Positions 30,998 to 39,740 of a stretch of 64,000 nt of DNA are shown here, piece by piece. The DNA comes from Patescibacteria group bacterium (GTDB taxonomy: Bacteria > Patescibacteriota > Patescibacteriia > Magasanikbacterales > GWA2-37-8), in contig SCQK01000013.1 in assembly GCA_004321885.1 (NCBI GenBank), forward strand, positions 96,001 through 160,000, in the 5' to 3' direction. The first letter of the stretch is position 1. Each line of letters begins with the position of its first letter. The position numbers were made by a program, and so were the translations under genes. The notes under the pieces were generated by a model. That model saw nothing but the letters and a program-made list of their open reading frames with translations, made no database searches and had not been told where the DNA came from.

Positions 30998-31291
30998 TGG
31001 GTGGAGTAGGATTCGAACCTACGAAGGCAGAGCCAGCAGATTTCATTTATCCAAAAGTTTCCTTCTAGCATGGACTATATCTTTATCCTATCCGCCAATC
31101 TGGCCGATAGGATACTCTGGTATCTAGTCTCTACGGCGCCCCCGACTTTGCCGGGGTTCCCACGGTATTAGCATGCCCGCCAGTTGGCGGATTTAGCTTT
31201 CACCGTTATCCCAGAGAGTTCATCCTAAAGTTACCTTTAGGAGCTGCGTTTCAACACAGTCTGCTCCAGTTGACCACTTTGGTATCCACCC
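30998..31291 (-). tRNA. tRNA-Tyr (anticodon GTA) interrupted between nt 35/36 by a 212-nt group I intron (exons 31256-31291 and 30998-31043)
   Basis: joined exons GGGTGGATACCAAAGTGGTCAACTGGAGCAGACTGT|AAATCTGCTGGCTCTGCCTTCGTAGGTTCGAATCCTACTCCACCCA: type-II tRNA with a long variable arm and an anticodon loop CUGUAAA identical to E. coli tRNA-Tyr. Confidence 0.8.
31044..31255 (-). ncRNA. group I intron (IC3-like, Azoarcus/cyanobacterial tRNA-intron type) in the tRNA-Tyr anticodon loop
   Basis: contains GUAGAGACUAGA, identical to the P7/P3 core of the Azoarcus tRNA-Ile intron; P3-like GCUAAAUCCGCC; 5' exon ends in U and the intron ends in G. Confidence 0.7.
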
Positions 31292-31310
31292 ATCTTCTTA
31301 AATTTTCTTG

Positions 31311-31382
31311 AGCCGCCTCAGGGATTCGGACCCTGGACCTACGGTTTACAAAACCGTTGCTCTACCGCTGAGCTAAGGCGGC
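31311..31382 (-). tRNA. tRNA-Thr (anticodon TGT)
   Basis: GCCGCCT-TA-GCTC-AGCGGTA-GAGC-A-ACGGT-TTTGTAA-ACCGT-AGGTC-CAGGG-TCCGAAT-CCCTG-AGGCGGC-T. Confidence 0.85.
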
Positions 31383-31443
31383 AATTATACCGCTGCCTGC
31401 CCGCCTTTGGCGGGAGCTAAGGCGGTGTCTGCGCGCGTTTGAC

Positions 31444-32382
31444 TCAAGCGGCTACTGCCCTAGTCACCTCTGGCGACCGCACTTCCATTTTTTTTATTCT
31501 TTCCCTAAAACCATCCAATTTGTTGTTGTCGGGATTGACCATCCGCAAACCATTCATTCCCTTCTCAGCCAGCTCTTTGTCGCCGCATATTATAGCAATT
31601 TCCGTCATTAAGTCAAGGTACTTGGGGTTTTGCGGTTCCAATTCCGCGGCCGCCACTATGGCCTCGCGCGCGGTTTTGGGCTGATTCACTCGCAAGAGCA
31701 GTTCGGCGATGTGGTAATAGCGCGGGGAAAAAGAATCATTAAGCAAAACCGCCTGCTGATAATACCCAATCGCTTCTTCCAAATCACCCTGGCTCTCGGC
31801 GATTTCGGCCAGCTTCACCAAAACGCTGTCATCATCAGGCTCCAGTTGAAGCAAAAAGCGATATGTCTGCCGCGCCTCCTCCAAAGAATTCTTAGCCGCG
31901 TAAGTGTCGCCCAATCCTCGGTAAGCGGAGGCGGCTTTGGGGTCAACTTTAACCGCGGAAATAAACAAATTTTCCGCTTTTTCAAAATCTCCTAATTTTA
32001 AGTACTGCTCAGCCTCCTGCACCAGATGGCTCAATTTGATTTCGCGCTCCTGCGGGTCTTGGTCTGCGCGCTGTTCTCTCGCCTTTACGCTTTGCTCGTG
32101 CCGCAACAGTGTTTCCACCTTGGCGAAATACGAACGAAAGCGCGTCTGCGCGTCGCCCCAGACGCGCCCCAGGGGCCGCAGGGTCTTTTTTACGTTCTCG
32201 CGCAAACGATTGCCGCGCTCTTCCACTCGCTTTATAATTATTTCTTTTTTCTTTTGCAAAATTTTTTCTTCTGATAAATTATTCACGTCCAAATTGGCCA
32301 CTCGCGGAAATTTACGCCCCAAAATTACCGCTATAACGGCCGCGCAAACTACAATAATGACAAGCGGTATTATATAGAGCAT
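31444..32382 (-). CDS. TPR-repeat membrane protein (start moved to the internal Met at the TM segment)
   Basis: N-terminal TM MLYIIPLVIIVVCAAV; several TPR-like helices (AYRGLGDTYAAKNSLEEA...). Confidence 0.7.
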   Translation of the reverse strand: MLYIIPLVIIVVCAAVIAVILGRKFPRVANLDVNNLSEEKILQKKKEIIIKRVEERGNRLRENVKKTLRPLGRVWGDAQTRFRSYFAKVETLLRHEQSVKAREQRADQDPQEREIKLSHLVQEAEQYLKLGDFEKAENLFISAVKVDPKAASAYRGLGDTYAAKNSLEEARQTYRFLLQLEPDDDSVLVKLAEIAESQGDLEEAIGYYQQAVLLNDSFSPRYYHIAELLLRVNQPKTAREAIVAAAELEPQNPKYLDLMTEIAIICGDKELAEKGMNGLRMVNPDNNKLDGFRERIKKMEVRSPEVTRAVAA

Positions 32383-32393
32383 AACAAAGTACT

Positions 32394-33194
32394 TTACTTT
32401 TCCCTCCCTTTTATAAGGGGAGGGGCAGGGAGGGGTAGAACAGCATTCTTCGCGATGTCCAGCCATGTTTCCAGCTTGGCCGAAGCGCCCCCCACCAGCA
32501 CGCCGGAAACGTTCTCGCATTTCAGGTAGCCGGCGATGTTTTCCGGCCGCACGCTGCCGCCGTACAAAATTATTACAGCAGCCGCAGGCAAAAGTTCAAC
32601 GGCCAATTTATCTATAAAATTGTGCGCCACGGCGCAGGCCTCCGTATCATCGCAAGCGTTGCCGGTGCCAATGGCCCATACCGGTTCGTAGGCGATAAAA
32701 AGCGGCCTTTCGTCTTCTTTCGGCCAGGCCAAATTTTGCAAAGCGGCCCGAAGTTGGATTTCCAAAACTTCCTCTGTCTTACCCTCTTCTCTTTCCTTGG
32801 CTGTCTCGCCCACACACAGCACGGGCGTGAGTCCGGCTGCCAAAATCGCTTCCAATTTTTGCCTCACTTCATGATTGCTTTCGCCAAATTGATGCCGGCG
32901 CTCGGAGTGGCCGACCAGCGCGTATTCGCAACCGGCCGCCTGAAACATCTGGGCCGAAACTTCGCCGGTGTAGCCGCCCTTGTCCACCCAATAAACGTTT
33001 TGCGCGCCCACGCCGATGCCGGCGTCGCGCAGTACCTGGCCAGCGCTGTATAAAGAAAGCGCGCTTGGAAAAACAGTCATTTTCACGTTCGTCGGAAATT
33101 TTTCCGCCTCGCCGGCCAAAGCGTTGGCCAAAATATTGCTCTCGTCAAAATCCAAATACATTTTCCAGTTGGCGAAAAGATAAATTTGTTTCAT
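32394..33194 (-). CDS. tpiA: triosephosphate isomerase
   Basis: FANWKMY, VGHSERR, AYEPVWAIGTG, GGS...N; the C-terminal tail PLPAPPLIKGREK is encoded by a family-D repeat. Confidence 0.9.
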   Translation of the reverse strand: MKQIYLFANWKMYLDFDESNILANALAGEAEKFPTNVKMTVFPSALSLYSAGQVLRDAGIGVGAQNVYWVDKGGYTGEVSAQMFQAAGCEYALVGHSERRHQFGESNHEVRQKLEAILAAGLTPVLCVGETAKEREEGKTEEVLEIQLRAALQNLAWPKEDERPLFIAYEPVWAIGTGNACDDTEACAVAHNFIDKLAVELLPAAAVIILYGGSVRPENIAGYLKCENVSGVLVGGASAKLETWLDIAKNAVLPLPAPPLIKGREK

Positions 33195-34579
33195 ACGAGT
33201 AATTTCAAAATTTCTTCTTTTGATTTCGGCCCGATTACCGCCAACCGCATTCGCTTCCAATCAAAAAATCTTCGTGCCGCGCCACGCACCTGCCCGGCCG
33301 TAACGCGCTCTATTTTTTCCAACTGCTGTTCCGGCGTCTCTATTTTATCAGCGAACCAGTGCTGGCGCGCGAACCACTCGGCCACGGCGCTGGAATTTTC
33401 CATGGATAGCGCCATGCGGCCCGAAATGTTTGTTTTGGCGTCGTCTAATTCTTTTTTGCTGATGCCTTTATCCGCAATTTTTTTCAGTTCGCTTTTAATT
33501 ACCGAAAGCGCTTCGCCCAGCCGGTTGGAATCCAAACCAGCGTTAATGGTGATAACGCCGGTTTCGTTGTGGCTGACCCCGCCGGCGTGAATCATATAGG
33601 CCAATCCCCTTTTCTCGCGCACCTCCACGAACAAACGTGAACTCATGCCGGAGCCGAGCACGGTAAGCAATACCGCGTTCGCGTACCTGATAGGATCGTT
33701 GTAGGCGAAACCCGCGAACCCCATCACAACGTGCGACTGATCTATTTTTCTCTGTTCAACGCTAACCCGTTTTTCCAACGGCAATTCGCCCGCCGGCCAG
33801 CTGAATTTTATAAAATTTTCTTTGTTGAAATACCCCTCCTTCCCGCTCCCCTTTATAAGGGGAGGGAAACTATCGGCAGTTCCTCCCCCTTGATAAGGGG
33901 GAGGCTCGCCACCACACCAAATGCTTTGGTGTGGTGGCGAGGAGGGGGTATTCGCGAAATACTTCGCGGCCAACTTTTTTATTTTTTCCCGCGGCGCGTT
34001 GCCCGACACCGCCAGCGCCATATTCGCGGGCGTGTAAGCATTTTTGTAATACGCGAACAGCTCGTCCCGCGTAATATTTTTTACTGTCTCGGCCGTGCCG
34101 GCCACATCCCGCCCCAGTGGATTGCCGCCAAACACCGTGCGGTCAAAAACCAGCTCCACGGCCATGCTCGGATTATCTTCATACATCTTTATTTCTTCGG
34201 CAATCACTCCCCGCTCTTTGGTGATTTCTTTTTCGTCAAAAGTGGAATCAAAGAGCATGTCCGCCAAAATATCAAAAGCCAATTCCACCCGCCGGCCGTC
34301 TATTTTAATATAATAGCCGGTATAATCCTTGTAGGTAAAGGCGTTATAATCCGCGCCCACCGCGTCCAACTCGCGCGAAATATGCTGGGCCGTGGGACGT
34401 TTTTTTGTTCCTTTGAACATCAGATGCTCCACAAAGTGCGAAGCCCCGGAAATTTTCGCTGTCTCATAGCGCGAACCCACCGGCAATAAAACCATCACCG
34501 TGACGGCTTTGGTGCCGCCCGTCGGCGCCGTGATTAGCGACAAGCCATTTTTTAATTTTGATAGCCGATGCATAATCAC
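33191..34579 (-). CDS. M16 family zinc metallopeptidase (insulinase-like)
   Basis: HxxEH inverzincin motif HFVEHLMFKGT; two-domain M16 fold; carries a roughly 35-aa in-frame repeat insertion (33832-33952). Confidence 0.8.
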   Translation of the reverse strand: MIMHRLSKLKNGLSLITAPTGGTKAVTVMVLLPVGSRYETAKISGASHFVEHLMFKGTKKRPTAQHISRELDAVGADYNAFTYKDYTGYYIKIDGRRVELAFDILADMLFDSTFDEKEITKERGVIAEEIKMYEDNPSMAVELVFDRTVFGGNPLGRDVAGTAETVKNITRDELFAYYKNAYTPANMALAVSGNAPREKIKKLAAKYFANTPSSPPHQSIWCGGEPPPYQGGGTADSFPPLIKGSGKEGYFNKENFIKFSWPAGELPLEKRVSVEQRKIDQSHVVMGFAGFAYNDPIRYANAVLLTVLGSGMSSRLFVEVREKRGLAYMIHAGGVSHNETGVITINAGLDSNRLGEALSVIKSELKKIADKGISKKELDDAKTNISGRMALSMENSSAVAEWFARQHWFADKIETPEQQLEKIERVTAGQVRGAARRFFDWKRMRLAVIGPKSKEEILKLLV

Positions 34580-34809
34580 TCAACACCCAACAGCTTGCGT
34601 AAATTTTTATTGGCAAACTCAAGTTTTCTGATTTGCCAATCTTCCAGATTGTTTCCGCCGGCAACTTCAATTGACTTAGTTTCGGCGTTCCAGTCAGCGT
34701 CTATGCCGTCATCCTTCAAGCTCCTTAAAACCACCGCTATATTGCCTTTATATACGGTTTCTTCTTTCTCTAACATCCCAAACCTCTGCCTTGGCACGTC
34801 GTTGGTCAT
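34576..34809 (-). CDS. hypothetical 77-aa protein
   Basis: 4-nt overlaps with both neighbours (proS and the M16 gene), suggesting co-translation; no known domain. Confidence 0.4.
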   Translation of the reverse strand: MTNDVPRQRFGMLEKEETVYKGNIAVVLRSLKDDGIDADWNAETKSIEVAGGNNLEDWQIRKLEFANKNLRKLLGVE

Positions 34810-36131
34810 ACAAATTTTTCTTTTAAGTAATTACTTAAATCTTTTATTGCCACCCTGTTTTGCTTCATGGTATCACGGTCGCGCACGGTGATTTTTTTGT
34901 CTTCCAGCGAATCAAAGTCCACTGTCACGCAATACGGGGTGCCGATTTCATCCTGCCGGCGATAGCGCTTGCCGATGCTTTGGGTGTCGTCGTAATCTAC
35001 CGCGAAATCAGCGCGCAAAGCCGCGGCCACCTCTTTAGCTACCTTAGCCAGATTTTCTTTTTTAGACAAGGGCAAAACAGCGACCTGTACCGGCGCCAAA
35101 TGTTTGGGAAATTTCATCACCACGCGCGTTTCGGTTTCGCCTTTTTCCGCCGTGGGGGCCTGTTCTTCGTGATACGCTTCCAACAAACACACCAGCAACG
35201 TGCGGTCTATGCCAAAGGTTGGCTCTATCACGTGCGGCAAAAACTTTTCGCCGGTTTCCGGGTCAGTATAATGCAAATCCTGCCCGCTCACAGCCTCGTG
35301 GCGCGACAAATCAAAATCCGTGCGATAGGCAATGCCGTGCAACTCTTGCGTTCCAAACGGGTATTTGTATTCAATATCCACCGTGCGCTTGCTGTAGTGG
35401 GCGCGCTCGTTGTCCGGTATTTCGCGCCAGACCAGATTATCCGTGTTTACTTGCATGGCATCTTTCCACCAGCGCTTGATTTCACTAAGCCACATTTCAA
35501 AAACTTTTTCCCATTCATCGGGCTTGATAAAATATTCCAGCTCGCCGATTTCAAATTCGCGCGTGCGGAAAATAAAATTGCCGGGCGTAATTTCATTGCG
35601 GAAACATTTGCCGATTTGGGCGATACCGAAAGGCAAACGGCGGCGAGTAGTGTTGACGATGTTTTTGAAATTGACGAACATGCCGCCGGCGGTCTCCGGG
35701 CGCAAATAAGCCGTGGTGGCGGTGTCTTCGGTGGTGCCCAAAAACGTCTTGAACATCAAATTAAAACTTTTTGGCGCGGTCAGCGCGCCGCCGCAGTCCG
35801 AACATTTTTTCCTTTTGGGGAGCTGGTCGCTGCGAAAACGATGATGGCACTTTTTACACTCCACCAGCTCATCGGAAAAATTTTGCAAATGCCCCGAGGC
35901 CTCCCAGGCCTTGGGGTTCATGATGATGGCGCTATCCAGCGGCACCATATCCTCGCGCTCTTGCACGAAAAATTTCCACCACAGTGATTTGATATTTTGT
36001 TTTAGCAAATGCCCGAGCGGGCCATAATCCCAGCTGTTAGCCAGTCCGCCGTAAATCTCACTGCCCGGGAACACAAACCCGCGCCGTTTGCACAGCGACA
36101 CGATTTTATCCATCAGGTCATTTTCTGGCAT
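34806..36131 (-). CDS. proS: proline--tRNA ligase (archaeal/eukaryote-type class II)
   Basis: class II motifs 2 and 3 (FRNEITPGNFIFRTREFEIGELEYF, GIAYRT...), C-terminal Zn-binding/anticodon-binding domain of the archaeal type. Confidence 0.9.
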   Translation of the reverse strand: MPENDLMDKIVSLCKRRGFVFPGSEIYGGLANSWDYGPLGHLLKQNIKSLWWKFFVQEREDMVPLDSAIIMNPKAWEASGHLQNFSDELVECKKCHHRFRSDQLPKRKKCSDCGGALTAPKSFNLMFKTFLGTTEDTATTAYLRPETAGGMFVNFKNIVNTTRRRLPFGIAQIGKCFRNEITPGNFIFRTREFEIGELEYFIKPDEWEKVFEMWLSEIKRWWKDAMQVNTDNLVWREIPDNERAHYSKRTVDIEYKYPFGTQELHGIAYRTDFDLSRHEAVSGQDLHYTDPETGEKFLPHVIEPTFGIDRTLLVCLLEAYHEEQAPTAEKGETETRVVMKFPKHLAPVQVAVLPLSKKENLAKVAKEVAAALRADFAVDYDDTQSIGKRYRRQDEIGTPYCVTVDFDSLEDKKITVRDRDTMKQNRVAIKDLSNYLKEKFV

Positions 36132-36310
36132 AAAATTTCAAATATTAATTCCATCAAACCCTTGACAAATGACGATTATGTGTTACACTATAATCAAATG
36201 TTAGCTGAACACTGACCGTATGGCAGGTGTCCCGGGGCGACTTGGGAATAGGCTATTCCCCCTTAAATGGGGGTTTTATTTTTTTATAATTCTAACACAA
36301 AAATCATTTT

Positions 36311-37234
36311 TTATAATACAATCTTATCTATTTGCTTGCTTAAATTTTTTCCACTAGACATAAACTTTAACGTTGCGAGCAAATCTGTTTGTGTTTGTGA
36401 CAACTTTTCACCTAAAATTTTATCTTGTTTGAATTTACCCGTATTTTCGCCATTTTTTTTCCGTTCTTTAAATGTTTTTGAGACGAAATGTTTGCCTAAT
36501 TCCTCCAATAACGTCGCTCTTTCATTCTCACAATTTTTTATCCTTTCTTCGGCCATTGAATTATAATCCTCCGAAATTTCTATTCCTAAATAATCGCAAC
36601 CCAATAATTTAGCCGCAACTAAAGTTGAACCGCTTCCCGAATATGGATCCAAGACAACCCCTCTTTTTCCGTCTAAAACCGAAAAAATTGCTCTTGCCGG
36701 CAGAATCATCGGAAATGGCGCGGGATGATTCACACATCGTTCCGGTGGAAATCGCCAAATAGACGTTAGTAAAGCATGTCTTGAGGCCAACTCCTCACCA
36801 ATTTTATTACCTGCGGGCTTATGCAACCAGTAAATACGTTCATCTACCTGCCAGAATCGCCATCCTCTGATATTGGCTGCTATCATTCTATCCCAAATTA
36901 TTTCCTGGCGCATGGTCCAATCCGATTTAGATAGCCAACTAATTGGATGTATCATCTCACCTTTTTCCCATCTCACTTTATGATTATAAAAAAAAGATCC
37001 GCCCGGTTTCGTTATACGAAAAATTTCGTTTAAAATTTCAACCTGTTCGTTTTGATACTCTTCTTCATTCTTGGCGTCACTAATCGCATTATACAAAACA
37101 TTTTTTACAAGCCAACCCTTATTTTTTTCCTTTTTATTATAAGGGGGTGAAGTAACGCAAACATCTATGATATTTGAATCAATCGTCTTTAAAATATCTA
37201 ATGTATTACCTTGTAAAATCTGATTGACTCTCAT
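36311..37234 (-). CDS. beta-class N4-cytosine/N6-adenine DNA methyltransferase
   Basis: motif IV SPPY near the N-terminus and motif I VVLDPYSGSGST near the C-terminus (circularly permuted beta class); AT-rich gene. Confidence 0.85.
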   Translation of the reverse strand: MRVNQILQGNTLDILKTIDSNIIDVCVTSPPYNKKEKNKGWLVKNVLYNAISDAKNEEEYQNEQVEILNEIFRITKPGGSFFYNHKVRWEKGEMIHPISWLSKSDWTMRQEIIWDRMIAANIRGWRFWQVDERIYWLHKPAGNKIGEELASRHALLTSIWRFPPERCVNHPAPFPMILPARAIFSVLDGKRGVVLDPYSGSGSTLVAAKLLGCDYLGIEISEDYNSMAEERIKNCENERATLLEELGKHFVSKTFKERKKNGENTGKFKQDKILGEKLSQTQTDLLATLKFMSSGKNLSKQIDKIVL

Positions 37235-37908
37235 TTTGCCTTTTCGGTTAAAAAATTATAAAATTTTCCGTTAAAATTGGAACGATTATCTTTTAGAGCC
37301 TTTACGTTAATATAAACGATTTTTAATTTTTTGCAATTTTGATAATCCCGAAAACCAAAGGAAGCACTTCGTAAAAAAGTCCCCTTCTCTCGACTCTTAT
37401 TTTTGAATCTTTTCTTTAATTTAAGCTTCAAACAGCTTGTAAATCCCTCGTTACAAAAAGGAAATTCCAAAATATAAATTAATTGCCCGTCAATAAAACC
37501 GCTAACCAAAATGTTTAGATTTGCCGCTAAATCTTTTTTAAGCCGCTCCGGTGTATAATCAGTGAAATTGCCACCTCCGTCAAGTTTTCTCGGCGTCTTA
37601 CGATTATTATTATCGCCGGTACAAATATTTCTCGGTTTTGCTTCACAAGCAATAAATTCACCGCCGATACTCACACTTTGTTTAAAACCATTGTAACCTA
37701 TTTTTTTGTTGCTGTGCGTATAGCCAGCCAAAGTTATCGTAATGAATTCTCTAATAGTAGAAGAATTTTTATCATTTATATAAATGGTAAGCAAATCATT
37801 AAATAACGATATTAAATCATCTTTAGATTTATCCAACAAAAGAGCATTCAACTCCTTATGCGGTTTGGTGGCGTATGTAATTAAAATATCAGATAACGCG
37901 TTATTCAT
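37231..37908 (-). CDS. putative type II restriction endonuclease (PD-(D/E)xK-like) cognate to the adjacent methyltransferase
   Basis: 4-nt overlap with the MTase gene; very AT-rich; candidate E-x-K in GGEFIACEAKP; no similarity to housekeeping proteins. Confidence 0.5.
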   Translation of the reverse strand: MNNALSDILITYATKPHKELNALLLDKSKDDLISLFNDLLTIYINDKNSSTIREFITITLAGYTHSNKKIGYNGFKQSVSIGGEFIACEAKPRNICTGDNNNRKTPRKLDGGGNFTDYTPERLKKDLAANLNILVSGFIDGQLIYILEFPFCNEGFTSCLKLKLKKRFKNKSREKGTFLRSASFGFRDYQNCKKLKIVYINVKALKDNRSNFNGKFYNFLTEKAK

Positions 37909-37919
37909 AAGCAGAAAAT

Positions 37920-38468
37920 TTACACCGTATTTATCTCCCCCTCTTTTTTCTCCCCCACTTCCTCAATTTTCTCGTTAAATTCTTTCACCATCTTGTCCAG
38001 CTCCTCCTGCAAGCGAAATTTTTCGTCTTCGCCGATTTCCTTGTCCGCCTCGGCCTGTTTCACCATCTCTTTGATTTCCTCGCGTGTCTTGCGCACGGAA
38101 ATGCGCGCCTGCTCTAATTTTTGGTGTAAAACTTTTATCAACTCGGCGCGGCGCTCGGTGGTGAGCTCGGGTAAAAATATGCGCACCGAATTGCCGTTGT
38201 TGACCGGATTTAACCCCAGCCCGCTGTCGCGCACCGCTTTTTCAATCGCGGCCAGCACGCTCTTATCCCACGGTTCTATGTTCACCGTCTTCTGGTCGGG
38301 CACAGTAATGGACGCCATTGCTTTTACCGGCTGTTTCACGCCATAAGCCTCTACCTGAATATCTTCCACGATAGCCGTGGAGGCGCGGCCCGTGCGCAAG
38401 CCAGACACGTCTTTTTTCAGGAACTCCACTATCTGGTCAAAGTCCGATTTGAAGTCATTGATGTTCAT
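37920..38468 (-). CDS. frr: ribosome recycling factor
   Basis: full-length RRF consensus (VSGLRTGRAS, VEAYG, ITVPDQ). Confidence 0.9.
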   Translation of the reverse strand: MNINDFKSDFDQIVEFLKKDVSGLRTGRASTAIVEDIQVEAYGVKQPVKAMASITVPDQKTVNIEPWDKSVLAAIEKAVRDSGLGLNPVNNGNSVRIFLPELTTERRAELIKVLHQKLEQARISVRKTREEIKEMVKQAEADKEIGEDEKFRLQEELDKMVKEFNEKIEEVGEKKEGEINTV

Positions 38469-38596
38469 AAATGAAATGTAACATTAATTTTACGAATGCG
38501 GCCGAATATGTTCGTAGCGCCTTGTGCTGTCAAAGCGGCACGGCCGAGGCCTCGCGGCCGAGGAAAGCGAGAACATATCCGGCCGCATGAGTTATA

Positions 38597-39679
38597 TTAT
38601 TTGTCAGCGGTGGTAAACCCTAAAAACAACGTATTGCCGGATTTCTTGTGCGCCAGCATATCCACCGGAATGGTATTGGTCGGCAACTTGCGCGTCACCC
38701 AATTCTTGCCCCCGTCCACGGACTTGTAAAACGTGGAACGCGCGTTCGCTCCACCCTCGCCCAATATCGTGCCGGTGTAATAGAGCTCGGACTGATTCTG
38801 CGGATTGACGGCGAACGCGTAAATGTTCACGCTTCCCGGCGGGGTAAGCAGTTTCAAATCAACCCATGTTTCGCCCGAGTCGTCGGAGCGCAAAATGCCG
38901 TATTTGGAAATCCAAAACAAGCTGTTGGCCTGGGCCGGATTCAAAATCAGTTTATAAAAATCCTTGCTGCCGCTGAAATTTTCCAGCGGCTTGCTCATGT
39001 CCTGCCAGCTGTTGCCATTGTCATCGGACCGAAACAGCCCGCTCCCCAGCGTGGCCGCGTACAAACGCCCGGGTTTGGCCGGGTCGGCCAAAAGATACCG
39101 CGTGTCAACTCCAAACCGGTGCACGATTCTCCAGCTCGCCCCGCTGTCGCGGCTGCGCAAGACGTCCCCGCCCAATTCCGCGCCGTAAATCGTTTTTGAA
39201 TCCCCGGCGTCCACGGCCACCGCGGCCAAGCGCTGGTCCGGCCTTTCTTCGGTAAACACCATTTTCCAGGTGCGCGCGCAGTCGTCTGTTTTATAAATAT
39301 GCCCTCCGTCGCTGGCGTAGATATTGCACTTGTCTCTCGGGTCCACGGCCAGCGCGTAAATAAATTTGCCCTGCATGTCCTTGGCCAGTTGCCAGGTCTG
39401 CCCGTTGTTGTAGGAATAAAAAAGCCCCTGCCCGCGCGAGCCCAAGTACAAAGCGTTTGGGTCGCTCGGGTCTGTAAAAAATTTGTACGCCTTCACCAGG
39501 CCGATGCTTTTTATCCCCTGGTCCGTAAGCAGGGTAAAAGCCGGCTGCCACGACTCGCCCTTATCGCCCGAACGAAATACGCCCATGGCCCCGCTGCCCT
39601 TTTTGCTAAAACTCACGCACCCCTGGCCGGCGAGCAATAAAAAAGCCGCCAGGCCGATTAAAATTTTCTTTTTTAACAT
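38597..39679 (-). CDS. BNR/Asp-box repeat beta-propeller lipoprotein (Ycf48/sialidase-like)
   Basis: lipobox LLAGQGC; at least 7 Asp-box repeats SxDxGxxW (SGDKGESW, SYNNGQTW, SRDSGASW, SDDNGNSW, SDDSGETW, SVDGGKNW). Confidence 0.75.
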   Translation of the reverse strand: MLKKKILIGLAAFLLLAGQGCVSFSKKGSGAMGVFRSGDKGESWQPAFTLLTDQGIKSIGLVKAYKFFTDPSDPNALYLGSRGQGLFYSYNNGQTWQLAKDMQGKFIYALAVDPRDKCNIYASDGGHIYKTDDCARTWKMVFTEERPDQRLAAVAVDAGDSKTIYGAELGGDVLRSRDSGASWRIVHRFGVDTRYLLADPAKPGRLYAATLGSGLFRSDDNGNSWQDMSKPLENFSGSKDFYKLILNPAQANSLFWISKYGILRSDDSGETWVDLKLLTPPGSVNIYAFAVNPQNQSELYYTGTILGEGGANARSTFYKSVDGGKNWVTRKLPTNTIPVDMLAHKKSGNTLFLGFTTADK

Positions 39680-39740
39680 ACTATTTACCCTTACCTCCCT
39701 CCCCCTTAAAAAAGGAGAGGACAGGAGGGGGTATTCAATT

